Assembly: GCA_963765765.1 (NCBI GenBank)
Contig: CAVXYC010000002.1
Location: 32,001-96,000, forward strand
DNA length: 64,000 bases
Direction: 5' to 3'
DNA from: an uncultured Chloroflexia bacterium
GTDB lineage: Bacteria > Chloroflexota > UBA6077 > JACCZL01
Numbering within the stretch: position 1 is the stretch's first letter; each line of letters starts with the position of its first letter. The notes under the pieces were generated by a model. That model saw only the letters and a program-made list of their open reading frames with translations. It did not search any database and was not told the DNA's origin. Below, piece after piece: positions 19,585 through 29,891 of the stretch. The position numbers were made by a program, and so were the translations under genes.

Positions 19585-20187
19585 ATGCGCGTATTGGGTG
19601 TAGACCCCGGCCTCAATCGGACGGGGTGGGCGGTGGTAGAGGCAGACGGAGATGCGTATCGACTGATCTCGTCGGGCATCATTGCGCCGCCACCAAGTGC
19701 TGAGCTGGGTCAGCGTCTCGATTTCGGGTTTAAGGCCATCACCTCGGTGCTCTCCGAGTCGCGCTCCGGGCTCGTGGCGCTGGAAGAGCTTTTTAGCAAT
19801 CCACACCACCCGACTGCCTCGATAAGGCTGGCGCATATGCGAGGTGTGCTGTGTTTGGCCATGGAGCGTGCGGGTGTCATCGTGCGTCACTACACCGCCA
19901 CCACGGTAAAGCAGCGTCTGACTGGTAGCGGGCACGCGTCCAAGGAGCAGGTGCGCAGCATGGTCTTTCAGCTTTGCCAGATGCCGCCCATGCAAGTCCG
20001 GCTGGATCTGACGGATGCTATCGCGCTGTCCATCACGGGCATCACGGCGGAACGTACCTATGATGAATCGGGCTCGCTTACAACAGGATCGATGCAGGCG
20101 CTTCTCGGAGGTGGACGAGGCCGGCGGGCTCCCGTCTACGATCTGATCTCAGAGCAATATCCGGAGATTCGGGTCGATCGATCATGA
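19585..20187 (+). CDS. ruvC: Holliday junction resolvase RuvC
   Basis: MRVLGVDPG...TGW, VALEE.F, VK...TG.G.ASKEQV..MV, D..DAIA. Confidence 0.95.
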   Translation: MRVLGVDPGLNRTGWAVVEADGDAYRLISSGIIAPPPSAELGQRLDFGFKAITSVLSESRSGLVALEELFSNPHHPTASIRLAHMRGVLCLAMERAGVIVRHYTATTVKQRLTGSGHASKEQVRSMVFQLCQMPPMQVRLDLTDAIALSITGITAERTYDESGSLTTGSMQALLGGGRGRRAPVYDLISEQYPEIRVDRS

Positions 20188-20798
20188 TCGCGACCCTGCG
20201 CGGCACTGTGCAGACCATGATTAACGAAGGCGTAATCCTGGACGTTAACGGTGTTGGCTACGAAGTGTTCCTCCCACCAGTGGTGGCGCAGGCTCTCGAG
20301 GAGCAGCCACCCGAAGGGCTGATTGAGCTGAAGATAGCCGCGCTGGCCACGCGTGACGCGCCATTGCCGGTGCTCTATGGTTTCCTGCACGAGGAGGAGA
20401 AGCAATTCTGGCAGCTACTCCGCTCCGTCCCGCGGGTTGGACCAAAGGGCGCTGCGCGGGCGATGGTGCTGCCGATCAATCGCATTGCCGCTGCGATCAA
20501 AGAGGGCAATCGCAATTTGATCGACAACTTGCCGGGCGTAAGCGCTGATGGAGCCGAGAAGATCATTACCGCATTACGGAAGAAGGTGGAGCCGTTTGCG
20601 GCGTTGAAGGACACGGAAGTGAGCTCAGGCTCCGCGGTTGACTCCAGGGATGAGCTGTCCAGCGTTTCCATTGCGCTCTTGGTCGAGATGGGCATTCGAC
20701 GTGCGGAGGCCGCGGCGGCAGTGGCGCGACTCATCGAGGCGCAGCCGGAGTTGACGCGTGTTGAAGATGTGGTGACGGAATACTTCAGAAAGCCATGA
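20184..20798 (+). CDS. ruvA: Holliday junction branch migration protein RuvA
   Basis: MIATLRG, DVNGVGYEV, LYGF...EK..W..L..V..VGPK; lies between ruvC and ruvB. Confidence 0.93.
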   Translation: MIATLRGTVQTMINEGVILDVNGVGYEVFLPPVVAQALEEQPPEGLIELKIAALATRDAPLPVLYGFLHEEEKQFWQLLRSVPRVGPKGAARAMVLPINRIAAAIKEGNRNLIDNLPGVSADGAEKIITALRKKVEPFAALKDTEVSSGSAVDSRDELSSVSIALLVEMGIRRAEAAAAVARLIEAQPELTRVEDVVTEYFRKP

Positions 20799-20813
20799 TT
20801 GATCTGGTGACCC

Positions 20814-21845
20814 ATGTCTGACGATCGGATCGTCTCACCCGAAGCTCGTGAGGATGAGGAGACGCTGGCGACGAGCCTTCGTCCCTCCAGTCTGGACACG
20901 TTCGTGGGCCAGCCGCTCATCAAACAGCGTCTGAACATCTCGATTCAGGCGGCGCGTGCTCGTGGCGAGTGTCTGGAGCACGTGCTTTTCCATGGCCCGC
21001 CTGGGCTGGGGAAGACCACGCTCTCGCACATCATTTCCAATGAGATGGGCGGCAAGCTGGTCATGACCTCAGGGCCTGCGCTCGAGCGCACGGCCGACCT
21101 CATGGGAATTCTGACAAATCTGGGCGAGGGCGGCGTGCTTTTTGTGGATGAGATTCACCGCACGCCGCGGTCGATCGAGGAATATCTCTATCCCGCGATG
21201 GAAGATTTCTCGGTGGACTTCATCCTGGATAAGGGGCCGTTTGCCAAGGCCATTAAGCTCAGCTTGAAGCCGTTCACGCTGGTGGGCGCCACCACGCGTG
21301 CTGGCCTGCTCAGCTCGCCGCTACGAGACCGCTTCGGCCTGTACTTCCACCTGGACTTCTATGGACCTGAGGAGCTTGCCGCGATCGTGCGGCGCGCCGC
21401 GGGTGTCTTGAACGTGGGCATCGAAGACGAAGCTACGAACGAGATCGCGCTGCGCTCGCGCGGCACGCCGCGAATCGCCAACCGTCTCCTGCGTCGCGTG
21501 CGTGACTTTGCCCAGGTTCACGGGGCATCCACCATCAATCTCCGTATCACGCGAGAGTCGCTGGCACTTGAGGGCGTTGACGGACTGGGTCTGGACGAGC
21601 TCGATCGCAAAGTGCTTAGGGCGATCATCACCCGCTATGACGGCGGACCAGTGGGGATCGATGCATTGGCGGCGACGATCCAGGAAGAAGTGGACACACT
21701 TACGGACGTGGTGGAGCCTTATCTTCTCCAGGAGGGCTTCCTGACTCGAGCCTCCAACGGTCGACGTGCGTCATTCAAGGCGTATCAGCACCTGAATCTG
21801 CAGCAGTCTGAGAAGCCAGGACAGCCGAGACTCCCGTTGGATTGA
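20814..21845 (+). CDS. ruvB: Holliday junction branch migration helicase RuvB
   Basis: [50 protein letters not shown]. Confidence 0.97.
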   Translation: MSDDRIVSPEAREDEETLATSLRPSSLDTFVGQPLIKQRLNISIQAARARGECLEHVLFHGPPGLGKTTLSHIISNEMGGKLVMTSGPALERTADLMGILTNLGEGGVLFVDEIHRTPRSIEEYLYPAMEDFSVDFILDKGPFAKAIKLSLKPFTLVGATTRAGLLSSPLRDRFGLYFHLDFYGPEELAAIVRRAAGVLNVGIEDEATNEIALRSRGTPRIANRLLRRVRDFAQVHGASTINLRITRESLALEGVDGLGLDELDRKVLRAIITRYDGGPVGIDALAATIQEEVDTLTDVVEPYLLQEGFLTRASNGRRASFKAYQHLNLQQSEKPGQPRLPLD

Positions 21846-21856
21846 GGCTGTGCCTC

Positions 21857-21966
21857 CTGGGAGCGCCGACGTCTCGCCCGTGTCCCTACCGATTGCTTCA
21901 AAACTTGGACGATCGTTCGGGACCCATAGTTGACGGATTGGACGGGCGGGACGCCCACGCTCCCAG
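21857..21966. repeat. REP-like inverted repeat between convergent ruvB and tyrS
   Basis: ctgggagcgccgacgtctcgcccg ... cgggcgggacgcccacgctcccag. Confidence 0.7.
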
Positions 21967-21975
21967 AGGGTCAAC

Positions 21976-23250
21976 TCAGCTCACCAGAAGCCGGTGATAC
22001 CGCTTTCGTCCCGCGCGCAGGAGGATCTGTCCGTCAGCTACATCGGACTGAGTGAGCTTTCGATCGACCTCGTCAACCCGCTCGTTATTGACATAAGCCC
22101 CGCCTTGTTTGACGAGGTCGCGAGCGGCGCGCTTTGACTGCGCCAACCCTGTCGTAGTGAGCACATCGATCAAATCCATGCCGCCGTTCAGGGTTGTTGC
22201 TGGTATCTCGGTCGTCGGTGCAGATGCAACCTCGCCCTCGCCACTGAAGAGGGCACGTGAGGTCTCTCGCGCCTCGTTTGCCGCCGTCTCGCCATGGGTG
22301 AGCTTCGTGGCTTCGTACGCCAGGACTTCTTTGGCGCGATTGATTTCAGCGCCCTCCAGCCGTCCTAGCTCGCGCACCTCCTCCATCGGGAGGAAGGTAA
22401 ACAGTGCCAGGAATCGCTCCACGTCAGGATCCTCGGTATTGATCCAGAACTGGTAGTAGTCATACGGCGAGGTTCTCTCAGGATCGAGCCAGACGGTCCC
22501 GGCAGCCGACTTACCCATCTTCTGACCCGATGATGTGGTGATGAGCGGCGTCACCATGGCAAACGCCTGAACACCCTCGGTCCTTCGGATCAGGTCCACG
22601 CCGGCCAGGATGTTGAACCACTGATCGCTGCCGCCCACCTGGAGTCGAGCGCCCTCCTCGCGATAGAGATGCAGGAAGTCGTACGCCTGCAATAACGCGT
22701 AGTTGAACTCGATGACGCTCAGGCCTTCGTACTGCCCGGTGGTGCCGGAAATCAGCGGGTTGATGACCCGATCGCGATACGTCTCGTGCTGCAGAAGCTG
22801 ATTGACCGTGAAGTGCTTGCCAATGTCGCGCAGGAACTCGATGTAATTGAGTTTGGTGAGCCAGTCCGCGTTATTGACCATGAGCCACTCGCCTTCGGAC
22901 TGATCCATGAAGCGACTGAGCTGTGCTTTCTGCCCATTGAGATTGGACTGAATCTCCTCGAGCGAGAGCAGCGGGCGTTCGGTGGTGCGGAAGGACGGAT
23001 CGCCCACCAGGCCAGTGCCACCGCCCACCAGGACAATGGGTCGATGCCCAGCACGCTTGAGGTGCGTGAGCAGCATGACGCTGAGCAGGTTCCCCACCTG
23101 GAGGCTGGATGCCGTCGGATCCACGCCCCAATAGAGCGACGTCGGCTGCGCCATGAGCTCCACGAGACCCGCTTCGTCGGAGACCTGCTGGATGAAGCCG
23201 CGCTCTCGGAGAGTCTCGACGGCATTCTTAGACTGGATGGGTGTAGTCAT
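21976..23250 (-). CDS. tyrS: Tyrosine--tRNA ligase
   Basis: Y.GVDPTA.SL.VGN, LQAYDF, QVGGSDQW.NI, KMGKS, C-terminal S4 domain. Confidence 0.97.
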   Translation of the reverse strand: MTTPIQSKNAVETLRERGFIQQVSDEAGLVELMAQPTSLYWGVDPTASSLQVGNLLSVMLLTHLKRAGHRPIVLVGGGTGLVGDPSFRTTERPLLSLEEIQSNLNGQKAQLSRFMDQSEGEWLMVNNADWLTKLNYIEFLRDIGKHFTVNQLLQHETYRDRVINPLISGTTGQYEGLSVIEFNYALLQAYDFLHLYREEGARLQVGGSDQWFNILAGVDLIRRTEGVQAFAMVTPLITTSSGQKMGKSAAGTVWLDPERTSPYDYYQFWINTEDPDVERFLALFTFLPMEEVRELGRLEGAEINRAKEVLAYEATKLTHGETAANEARETSRALFSGEGEVASAPTTEIPATTLNGGMDLIDVLTTTGLAQSKRAARDLVKQGGAYVNNERVDEVDRKLTQSDVADGQILLRAGRKRYHRLLVS

Positions 23251-23356
23251 GCGTTGTCCATGTCTATTTCGGGATTTTCGGCAAGGCTTATCACTGTTGC
23301 CTGGATTACTCGCCGACTGTCAACTTGACCGATTCGATCCGAATGATGAATCAGGT

Positions 23357-23638
23357 CTATCCTGAAATGACTTCGTCCTCGGGATAGAGTCGCCGCAGGC
23401 GAGCGCCGCTACGTAGCTCGTCGACGAACATTTCAGGATCAAAATCTGTATCTCGATCTCCCCATCCCCCCGATGTTTCCTTGATGAGCCTAAGGCGCTT
23501 CTCGTGCTGAACCTGCTCGACGAATTTGTGGTCGATTGCCTCACGAATAATGGCCGAGCGTGAACGCCGAAGCCGCTTCACGGCCTCGTCGAGAGCATTA
23601 ATCTGTTCGTCTGAAAGGTAAACCTGGATGGGACGCAT
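23357..23638 (-). CDS. CopG/ribbon-helix-helix antitoxin-like protein
   Basis: MRPIQVYLSDEQI.ALD......RSRSAIIREAID; C-terminal G.W.DR....E.FVDELR resembles VapB-type antitoxins. Confidence 0.75.
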   Translation of the reverse strand: MRPIQVYLSDEQINALDEAVKRLRRSRSAIIREAIDHKFVEQVQHEKRLRLIKETSGGWGDRDTDFDPEMFVDELRSGARLRRLYPEDEVISG

Positions 23639-23679
23639 GGTGTGTGTATACACCATCAAGACCGGGGAATCGCTGGGCT

Positions 23680-24802
23680 TTAGCTCGTCAGCCCCAGCCG
23701 CTCGAGCTGCTGCCTGGCGGTATCCACTTCGTCGCGCACGCCAGTTTGCTCGGATACCCAGCCGACGAGCTCGTCGACGCCGTCCTCAAACTTGATACGC
23801 GGCGCGTAGCCGAGTTTGCTCTGGATGTTGCTGATGTCGGCGTAGCAGTGTCGGATGTCGCCGGCTCGAAACTGGCCCGTGATCTCGGGCTCGATGCTCA
23901 AGCCCATCGCTGATGCCAGGTGATCCGCCACATCGCGCACGCTCAGACGCCGACCCGTGCCCACGTTGAACACGCCAAAATCCGCCTCCGACTTGTCCAT
24001 GGCTAGCGTGAGCGCCTGGACGATGTCGCTGACGTGGATGAAGTCACGCGTCTGAAGACCGTCTTCAAAGATCACGGGTGGCTTTCGATTGAGTAGTCGT
24101 GAGCCAAAAATGGCGGCGACGCCGGTGTACGGATTGGAAAGCGCCTGGCGGGGGCCGTAGACATTAAAGAACCGCAGCGCCACCGTCGGAATCCCGTAGG
24201 CGTAGCCGACCGAAAGGCACATCTCTTCCTGGTCGCGCTTGTTTATCGCGTAAATGGATGTGGGCGCCAGTGGCTTGGACTCGTCTGTGGGCAGCGGCGT
24301 GGCCACTTGATCGCAAGCGGGGCAATGAAGCTCCCAATCGCGTGCGCGAAGCTGATCTTCGGGGCGGAGCTGACGGGAACACACGTCCGTGCGCTGCACA
24401 CTCGTATGGCCCCTCGCCATAGATCGACATCGAGGACGCCACGATCACCTTCCGCACGTTCCCGCGTCGATTGATCAGCGTCTCCAGCAGGTCCGCGGTG
24501 GCCATCGTGTTGCCGCGCGTGTACCGGCGGATCTCGTACATCGACTGACCCACGCCTACTTCCGCGGCCAGGTGATAAAGCACGTCGGTCTCGTCCAGGT
24601 GATGCGCCCAGCGGTCCGTATCGGATACGTCGGCGTGGATCAGCTCCGCTTCGGCGGCAAGGTGCTCAGGGCGCTGAGTCTCTCCGTGAACCTGTCCAAC
24701 CAATGCATCCACGACCCGCACCCGATGGCCGGCGGCCAGCAAGCCATCGACGAGGTGCGATCCAATGAAACCGGCTCCGCCGGTGACGAGCACATTAGCC
24801 AT
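23680..24802 (-). CDS. NAD-dependent epimerase/dehydratase (one frameshift)
   Basis: VLVTGGAGFIGSHLV, VASSMSIYGEG, YAINK, LRFFNVYGPRQ, RDFIHVSD. Confidence 0.9.
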
Positions 24803-24840
24803 GGAGAGATCCTGAGCGTGAGATTAAGCTGATCGCTTTA

Positions 24841-24958
24841 GGGAGGGACGACCCTGCCCCAGCCCTCCCCGTGCGCGAGGGAGGGAGCTGGATCCGAGAA
24901 AACGTAATACGCCCCGTCCCCGCGCATGGGGACGGGCTGGGTAGGCTCGTCCCTCCCA
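24841..24958. repeat. CCCTCCCC-type intergenic inverted repeat
   Basis: gggagggacgacc ... ctcgtccctccc with internal hairpins; related to 45670..45768. Confidence 0.65.
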
Positions 24959-24991
24959 GGTATCGACATTGCGAAGCCCCGAAATCCTACC

Positions 24992-25768
24992 CTATCCCTC
25001 GGCCTCAATCGGATACGCGCGCAGCCGTGTTGCCTGTAAGGCCACGTGAATTACAAACACCGCGTTGTCCAGGATGTATCGGCGCCACAGTCGTCGCGGC
25101 TCCTGGCTTAGCCGAAAGAGCCACTCCAGCCCTGACCTCTGAATCCATTTGGGAGCCTGGCGCACTCGCCCGGAGTGGAAATCAAACGCCGCTCCTACGC
25201 CAATCAGTGCCGACGCGCTCAGGCGTCCCACGTGCTCCGCCGTCCAGAAATCCTGTTTGGGGGTGCCCAGTCCAACCCAGACGATGTCGGGCGACATCGC
25301 GTTGATCTGGCTTACGAACGCGGCGTCTTCTTCCGGATCGAGCTCGCGATACGGAGGCGAGATAGCGCCCACCACGGCGAGGTCAGGAAACCGTTGCTGC
25401 AAGCGCGCAGCCAATCGGTCAGCCACTCCCGGGGCTCCACCATAGAAACAATGACGGAGTCCCGACGGAAGACCAGCCTCACAGAGTGCCAGCATGAGAT
25501 CTGGTCCGTAGACACGCCCAACGTTTGGGTGACCCTGCTTATGGGCCAGCCAGACCAGGGGCATGCCATCGGGAGTGGCCAGTGCGGCAGTGTTGATTTT
25601 TGCCCGTAGAGCAGGGTTTCGATGGCATTCAACGAGGGTATGTGCAGTGCATGTGGACACCGCACCACGCTGTCCGCGCGATCGCCAGTCCAGAATCGTA
25701 CAAACCGCGTGATCGAGGTTCGTGATGGAGATGCTCACGCCTATGACGTTGAGGCGAGTCTGGGTCAT
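24992..25768 (-). CDS. WecB/TagA/CpsF-family glycosyltransferase
   Basis: PDGMPLVW, RVYGPDL, PDIVWVGLGTPKQ, GVGAAFDF, GLEWLFRL..EPRRL. Confidence 0.93.
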   Translation of the reverse strand: MTQTRLNVIGVSISITNLDHAVCTILDWRSRGQRGAVSTCTAHTLVECHRNPALRAKINTAALATPDGMPLVWLAHKQGHPNVGRVYGPDLMLALCEAGLPSGLRHCFYGGAPGVADRLAARLQQRFPDLAVVGAISPPYRELDPEEDAAFVSQINAMSPDIVWVGLGTPKQDFWTAEHVGRLSASALIGVGAAFDFHSGRVRQAPKWIQRSGLEWLFRLSQEPRRLWRRYILDNAVFVIHVALQATRLRAYPIEAEG

Positions 25769-26979
25769 ACCTCAGCCACGGATTCACACTTGTTCAGCAG
25801 ACGCTCATAGGCGGATGACACGCGTTTTGCTACAAGTGGCCATCGGAATTGCTCGTCCACCTTGTCTCGGCCACGCCTGCCCAGTGTCCTGGCAAACGCT
25901 GCGTCGTCGAGCAGTAAATTGATCGATTCCGCCACGCTCCTCGGGTCTTGAGAGACAATTAGACCGTTCTGACCGTGATCGATCAGCTCCTTGGTAGCCG
26001 GCGTATCGGCCGCGATTACGGGTTTTCCTAGCGCCCAGGCCTCCACATAGACCCCACCAAAGCTTTCTTGCGTTGATGGCACGCAGAGCACATTGCAGGC
26101 GTCCAGGGCATCCGTTTTTTCCTCCAGTGAGACGGCGTCCATCTCCAGGATCCTTGGATCACTCGCACTTTCAAACAAACGGCTCGATGCGCGAGTACGA
26201 GGTCCAATGAATACAAATCGAGTTGATGGATGCTTCATCCAGACGATGGGGGCCGCGTCCAGGAGCGCGTCCAGACCCTTGTATCCGAACTTCTGACCAA
26301 GGAATAGGACCATCGGCCCTTGGATTCCCGTTCTGCTGCGGAATCGATCGCCGTGCGCCTCGCTTGCTAGTACGGGGCCGTGCCCAACGACGGCTATGCG
26401 CTCGGCCGCCACACCCAGGCCAATGAGCACTTGACGCTCCGCTTCAGTCAGCGCGAGGACGCCATCCGCCATGCGGTAGAGATCGTGGTATATCCCGTGG
26501 AGCCAGCTACTCCAGCGCGGATGATGAAAGGGCGTCAGTAGAAACGGAATGCCCATTTCGCGTGCCAGCATCATGGATGCGTACGTCAGCGGCTCACGTC
26601 CGATGCGGAAATTGTGAATCAGCCCGGAGCCTTCCAGAGCTGGGCGAAGGTGAGGCAGGAAAATCTCGGCAATTCGCTTTACCGCTCGCCTCTGCCAGAG
26701 TGGAAATCCCAATACCGACGGGATCAGTGTGGCACGCTCCCCTAGGGCGAGCCCCATTCGGGTAACCGAAATACCGTCGATCTCATAGCTACGGCTCGTT
26801 TTAGGTGCGAATATCGTGGTCCCACGTAGCCAATCGGTACGGTGTTTGGACCACATACTGGCAACGCGAACGTCGAAATCATCGCTCAGCTCGCGCGCCA
26901 ACATGTGCGCATGAAGCTGCGCGCCACCGATGGCAGGAGGATAGGACGTGATGGTGTAGCCGAGACGCACGCGTTCCAC
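25765..26979 (-). CDS. Glycosyltransferase family 4 protein
   Basis: YPP.IGGA, KG...LLDA, PS.QESFG.V.VEAW..GKPVIA. Confidence 0.9.
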   Translation of the reverse strand: MERVRLGYTITSYPPAIGGAQLHAHMLARELSDDFDVRVASMWSKHRTDWLRGTTIFAPKTSRSYEIDGISVTRMGLALGERATLIPSVLGFPLWQRRAVKRIAEIFLPHLRPALEGSGLIHNFRIGREPLTYASMMLAREMGIPFLLTPFHHPRWSSWLHGIYHDLYRMADGVLALTEAERQVLIGLGVAAERIAVVGHGPVLASEAHGDRFRSRTGIQGPMVLFLGQKFGYKGLDALLDAAPIVWMKHPSTRFVFIGPRTRASSRLFESASDPRILEMDAVSLEEKTDALDACNVLCVPSTQESFGGVYVEAWALGKPVIAADTPATKELIDHGQNGLIVSQDPRSVAESINLLLDDAAFARTLGRRGRDKVDEQFRWPLVAKRVSSAYERLLNKCESVAEV

Positions 26980-27122
26980 CCGGTGCCATGATCCGAGGGG
27001 CCAATGACTTCGCCAGGCCGACGAGTGGAACCCCGGTGGCCAGTATGGCGGACCTGCGACGCGGAATCAAAGGTCCTGACTCGTTGAATTTGGATTGGTC
27101 ATGCCGACAGGGATCATTGACA

Positions 27123-27163
27123 ACCTCGACGCCTTGCTCTGATCCAGAGCAAGGCGTCGAGGT
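27123..27163 (-). terminator. Hairpin downstream of PPOX gene (probable terminator)
   Basis: acctcgacgccttgctctg-atc-cagagcaaggcgtcgaggt perfect stem. Confidence 0.65.
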
Positions 27164-27178
27164 GGCGGGTAGTCGGTA

Positions 27179-27595
27179 CTAGGAGACGTCCCAATCCACG
27201 CCTCGCGTGTTGGCGCCCTTGACCGATGTGATCTCCACGTCCAGGATTCGGCGGCCATTGCGATCGTTGCTGTAGTCACGGTCCAGATAACGGTGGGAAA
27301 GTGAGTTGATGTGGTCGCCGCCGGGATCGTCCTGGGCCTTCACCACGTTTCCGTAGACCTGCGCCCAGCGCCACATGTTGTTTGGGTCGATGACCATAAA
27401 CGTCGCGCGGCCCGAGCTCTCCATACGATTCAGCCATTTGCGTGTGGCAGTGCCATTAAGGCGGATCTTGCCCTCGGCGTACTCGTACCAGATGGGCGTC
27501 ATTTCCGGCTGACCACCATCGCTGATGGTGGTGATAATCGCGGGAAGCTTCTCGCTGAAGAACTTCTGCAGCTCGGGGCCGATCGTTTTTCCCAT
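27179..27595 (-). CDS. PPOX-class (probably F420-dependent) oxidoreductase
   Basis: ITT...G.P.MTPIW, RK..., IDP.N..RW..V.G, HIN.LS..Y; GAAGGAGA RBS. Confidence 0.8.
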   Translation of the reverse strand: MGKTIGPELQKFFSEKLPAIITTISDGGQPEMTPIWYEYAEGKIRLNGTATRKWLNRMESSGRATFMVIDPNNMWRWAQVYGNVVKAQDDPGGDHINSLSHRYLDRDYSNDRNGRRILDVEITSVKGANTRGVDWDVS

Positions 27596-27700
27596 GGTTG
27601 ATAATCTCTCCTTCGAGTCGCTTCTAGTCATGCGGGTTGAGTTGGAGTAACCATGTGTCTGGAGCGTCCGCAATGTCAACCGTCGCAAGAAACTCGGAAG

Positions 27701-27897
27701 CGCCGGCCGAACACGGCTCCCACGACTCCCCTGAGGCACCGAATCCTGACCGTAACCCCCTGCTTCCAGCGCGGTGAGTCATAGTGTTGCTGTTCAAACC
27801 GTGGCCTGAGCGACGGGCTGGATGCCCGGGGCTACGGTCAGGATTGGAGTGACCGAACTGTCCTCGGGGAAGGCTACCCAGAACAGCTCGGCCGACG
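27701..27897 (-). ncRNA. Candidate structured RNA, ~200-nt rod-like hairpin
   Basis: Nested complementary segments: 27701-27712/27886-27897; 27727-27736/27862-27870; 27742-27759/27828-27845; tccagc/gctgga. Several mismatches resolve as G-U only on the minus strand. No family recognised. Confidence 0.5.
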
Positions 27898-27898
27898 G

Positions 27899-28630
27899 CT
27901 ACTGTTTCGGGCCGAGCAGATCTTTAATGACCCCGGCGAGATCCCGCGTGGCCGTTTTGCCATCGCCACGAAATGACGACCCATGCATAACGGCAATAGT
28001 CCTCGGATTCAAGTCGGCAAGGCGGTGAAGGGTAGCGTCCGTGTAGGGCGTGTAGGGCATGTCGTTAGCCAGGGGACTGGCGGACATGGAGACGATCGAT
28101 TCACGACAGCGGCCGACGATGTCGGACTCGGTCAAGGGCTCAGGGTCTCCGGGGGTGAAGAAGAGATCCGAGCTGAAGAGCGTCCGCTCCGTCTCGTCAA
28201 AGTAGAGTCCAGCGTCCCAACAGTGTGGAACGTGCGGTGTGGCAAGAAAGCGTAAGCGATGCTTACCGGTCTCGATGATTTCATCATCGGCCAGCGCCCG
28301 CGCCGGTCTATTTGCAAAGTCGCCCAGCATCACCATGGCTCCAACTACGCCCGCGACCGCCTGCGCGTTGGGCGCGACATCCAGCCACTCGTTGAGCGCG
28401 CCGCATTCGTCTGGCTCAAAGTGGCTATAGCCGATCCAGCGTAGGGTCGTTGGATCAATGACCGTGCGCACGGCTTCGAGGGTGATGGGAAACATGCGCC
28501 GCATGCCCGTGTGCATGATGAACGGCTCGTCGTCCTTCACGAGAAACTGATTGATCTGGATGCCCGGTGGGTCGGCGAACGTGGAGATCCGATACGTGTC
28601 CGACGCGATCTCGGTGATAGTGCTGTCCAT
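27899..28630 (-). CDS. MBL-fold protein (flavodiiron/ODP-like)
   Basis: [41 protein letters not shown]. Confidence 0.85.
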   Translation of the reverse strand: MDSTITEIASDTYRISTFADPPGIQINQFLVKDDEPFIMHTGMRRMFPITLEAVRTVIDPTTLRWIGYSHFEPDECGALNEWLDVAPNAQAVAGVVGAMVMLGDFANRPARALADDEIIETGKHRLRFLATPHVPHCWDAGLYFDETERTLFSSDLFFTPGDPEPLTESDIVGRCRESIVSMSASPLANDMPYTPYTDATLHRLADLNPRTIAVMHGSSFRGDGKTATRDLAGVIKDLLGPKQ

Positions 28631-28747
28631 GAGGGAGGCTCCCAGTCCAGAATTCGGATCAGATCATAGTACCCGCAAACCAGAAGGCATGCGTTCCTGC
28701 TCTGGCTGCACTATGCTCTACCAATCGCTTTCTGGAGGCTTATAAAG

Positions 28748-29730
28748 GTGGCAAAGGATTTCTCGATCATCGTGGGCACCCTGGGTATGGGCCTCTGGCA
28801 GAGTCCGGACGGCGGACAGTCCTGGGCACGCGGCAAGCTCTGGCACGGATATCAGGGCGGTCGCTCAACATTTGGTCTCGCCGTACATCCCAGCGACTCG
28901 CGCGTCATCTTCGCGGGAACAGATGAGGGACTCTATCGCAGCGAAGACCGCGGAAAGAATTTCGAGCACATCAGCAGTGCCATGGATGAGCTCAAGGTCT
29001 GGCGCATCGCAATCGATCCCACGGACCCTTCCATCATGTTCGCGGGCACCGCGCCGGCACGTGTCTTCCGCTCGCGCGATGGTGGACTCCACTGGGACGC
29101 GCTTGATGTTCCCTTTTCGGACGATTGTTTCAATGTGAACGTGCCGCGCGTGTTGGGGCTGGAGGTGGATCCGACCGATCACCGAATCGTCTGGGCCGGC
29201 GTGGAGGTGGGCGGCATGTGTCGTAGCCGCGACGGCGGCGACACCTGGACCCGCATATCCGGTGGTGTCATGGATGAGCTGGATGTCCACGACATCACCG
29301 TGGTGCCTGGTAGGCCGGCTGCGGCGATCGTCACGCTTCCCAACGACCTGACGCTCACTGAGGATGGCGGGGAGCACTGGCGCGCCATGGGCGCGGGACC
29401 GCGCTTTCCGCTTCCCTATTGCCGCAGCGTTGTCTTCAAGGAGGGGGATCCAAGCGTCATGTTCGCGGCGGTTGGCGATGATGCCCTGGGTTGCCTTGGG
29501 ACCATCCAACGGTCGCGCGATGGCGGAGAACCTGGGAGACGCCTCTGCTGCCGCTGGCGCCGAATACTCACATGGAGTGTTTCGCCACGCATCCATCGAA
29601 CCCGGATCTCATTCTGGGATGCAGCCACTACGGCCAACTGTTTGGCAGCTCGGACGGTGGTGACTGGTGGATCAAGTTTCCGAAGGAGTTCACCGAAGTG
29701 CGGGGCGCGCTGGCCTGGACGCCCAACTAG
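28748..29730 (+). CDS. BNR/Asp-box beta-propeller protein (YCF48/xyloglucanase-like; frameshifted)
   Basis: Repeated S.DGG.SW, RS.D.G..F and RSRDGG.TW Asp-boxes; C-terminus in frame 29491..29730. Confidence 0.8.
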
Positions 29731-29890
29731 AGACGGCGAACGAAGGACGGCGGACGAGAGACAAACGAGCCACGGGCGGTTGGCGACAGGCGAACGACAA
29801 ACGAGCCACGACAGCCAGCGACGAGCAAGCGACAAACGAAAGACGACGGACGGCCACTATTCAGCCGTCCGTCGTCTTTCGTTTGTTGCC
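29730..29890. repeat. Degenerate heptamer tandem array with terminal inverted copy
   Basis: GACGAGC/GACAAAC/GGCGAAC-like 7-mers; gacaaacgaaagacgacggacggc pairs with gccgtccgtcgtctttcgtttgt. Confidence 0.7.
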
Positions 29891-29891
29891 T

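Noticed and set aside
23251-23356. T-box riboswitch upstream of tyrS
   Set aside because: The leader is too short and has no GGTGG.ACC T-box motif or terminator.
27701-27897. SRP RNA or tRNA identity for the long hairpin
   Set aside because: CAGG...AGCA is present on the minus strand but the 13-nt spacer forms no GNRA-capped helix 8, and no cloverleaf is visible.
29730-29890. CRISPR array
   Set aside because: Short degenerate 7-mers without constant 23-47 bp repeats or unique spacers; no cas genes.
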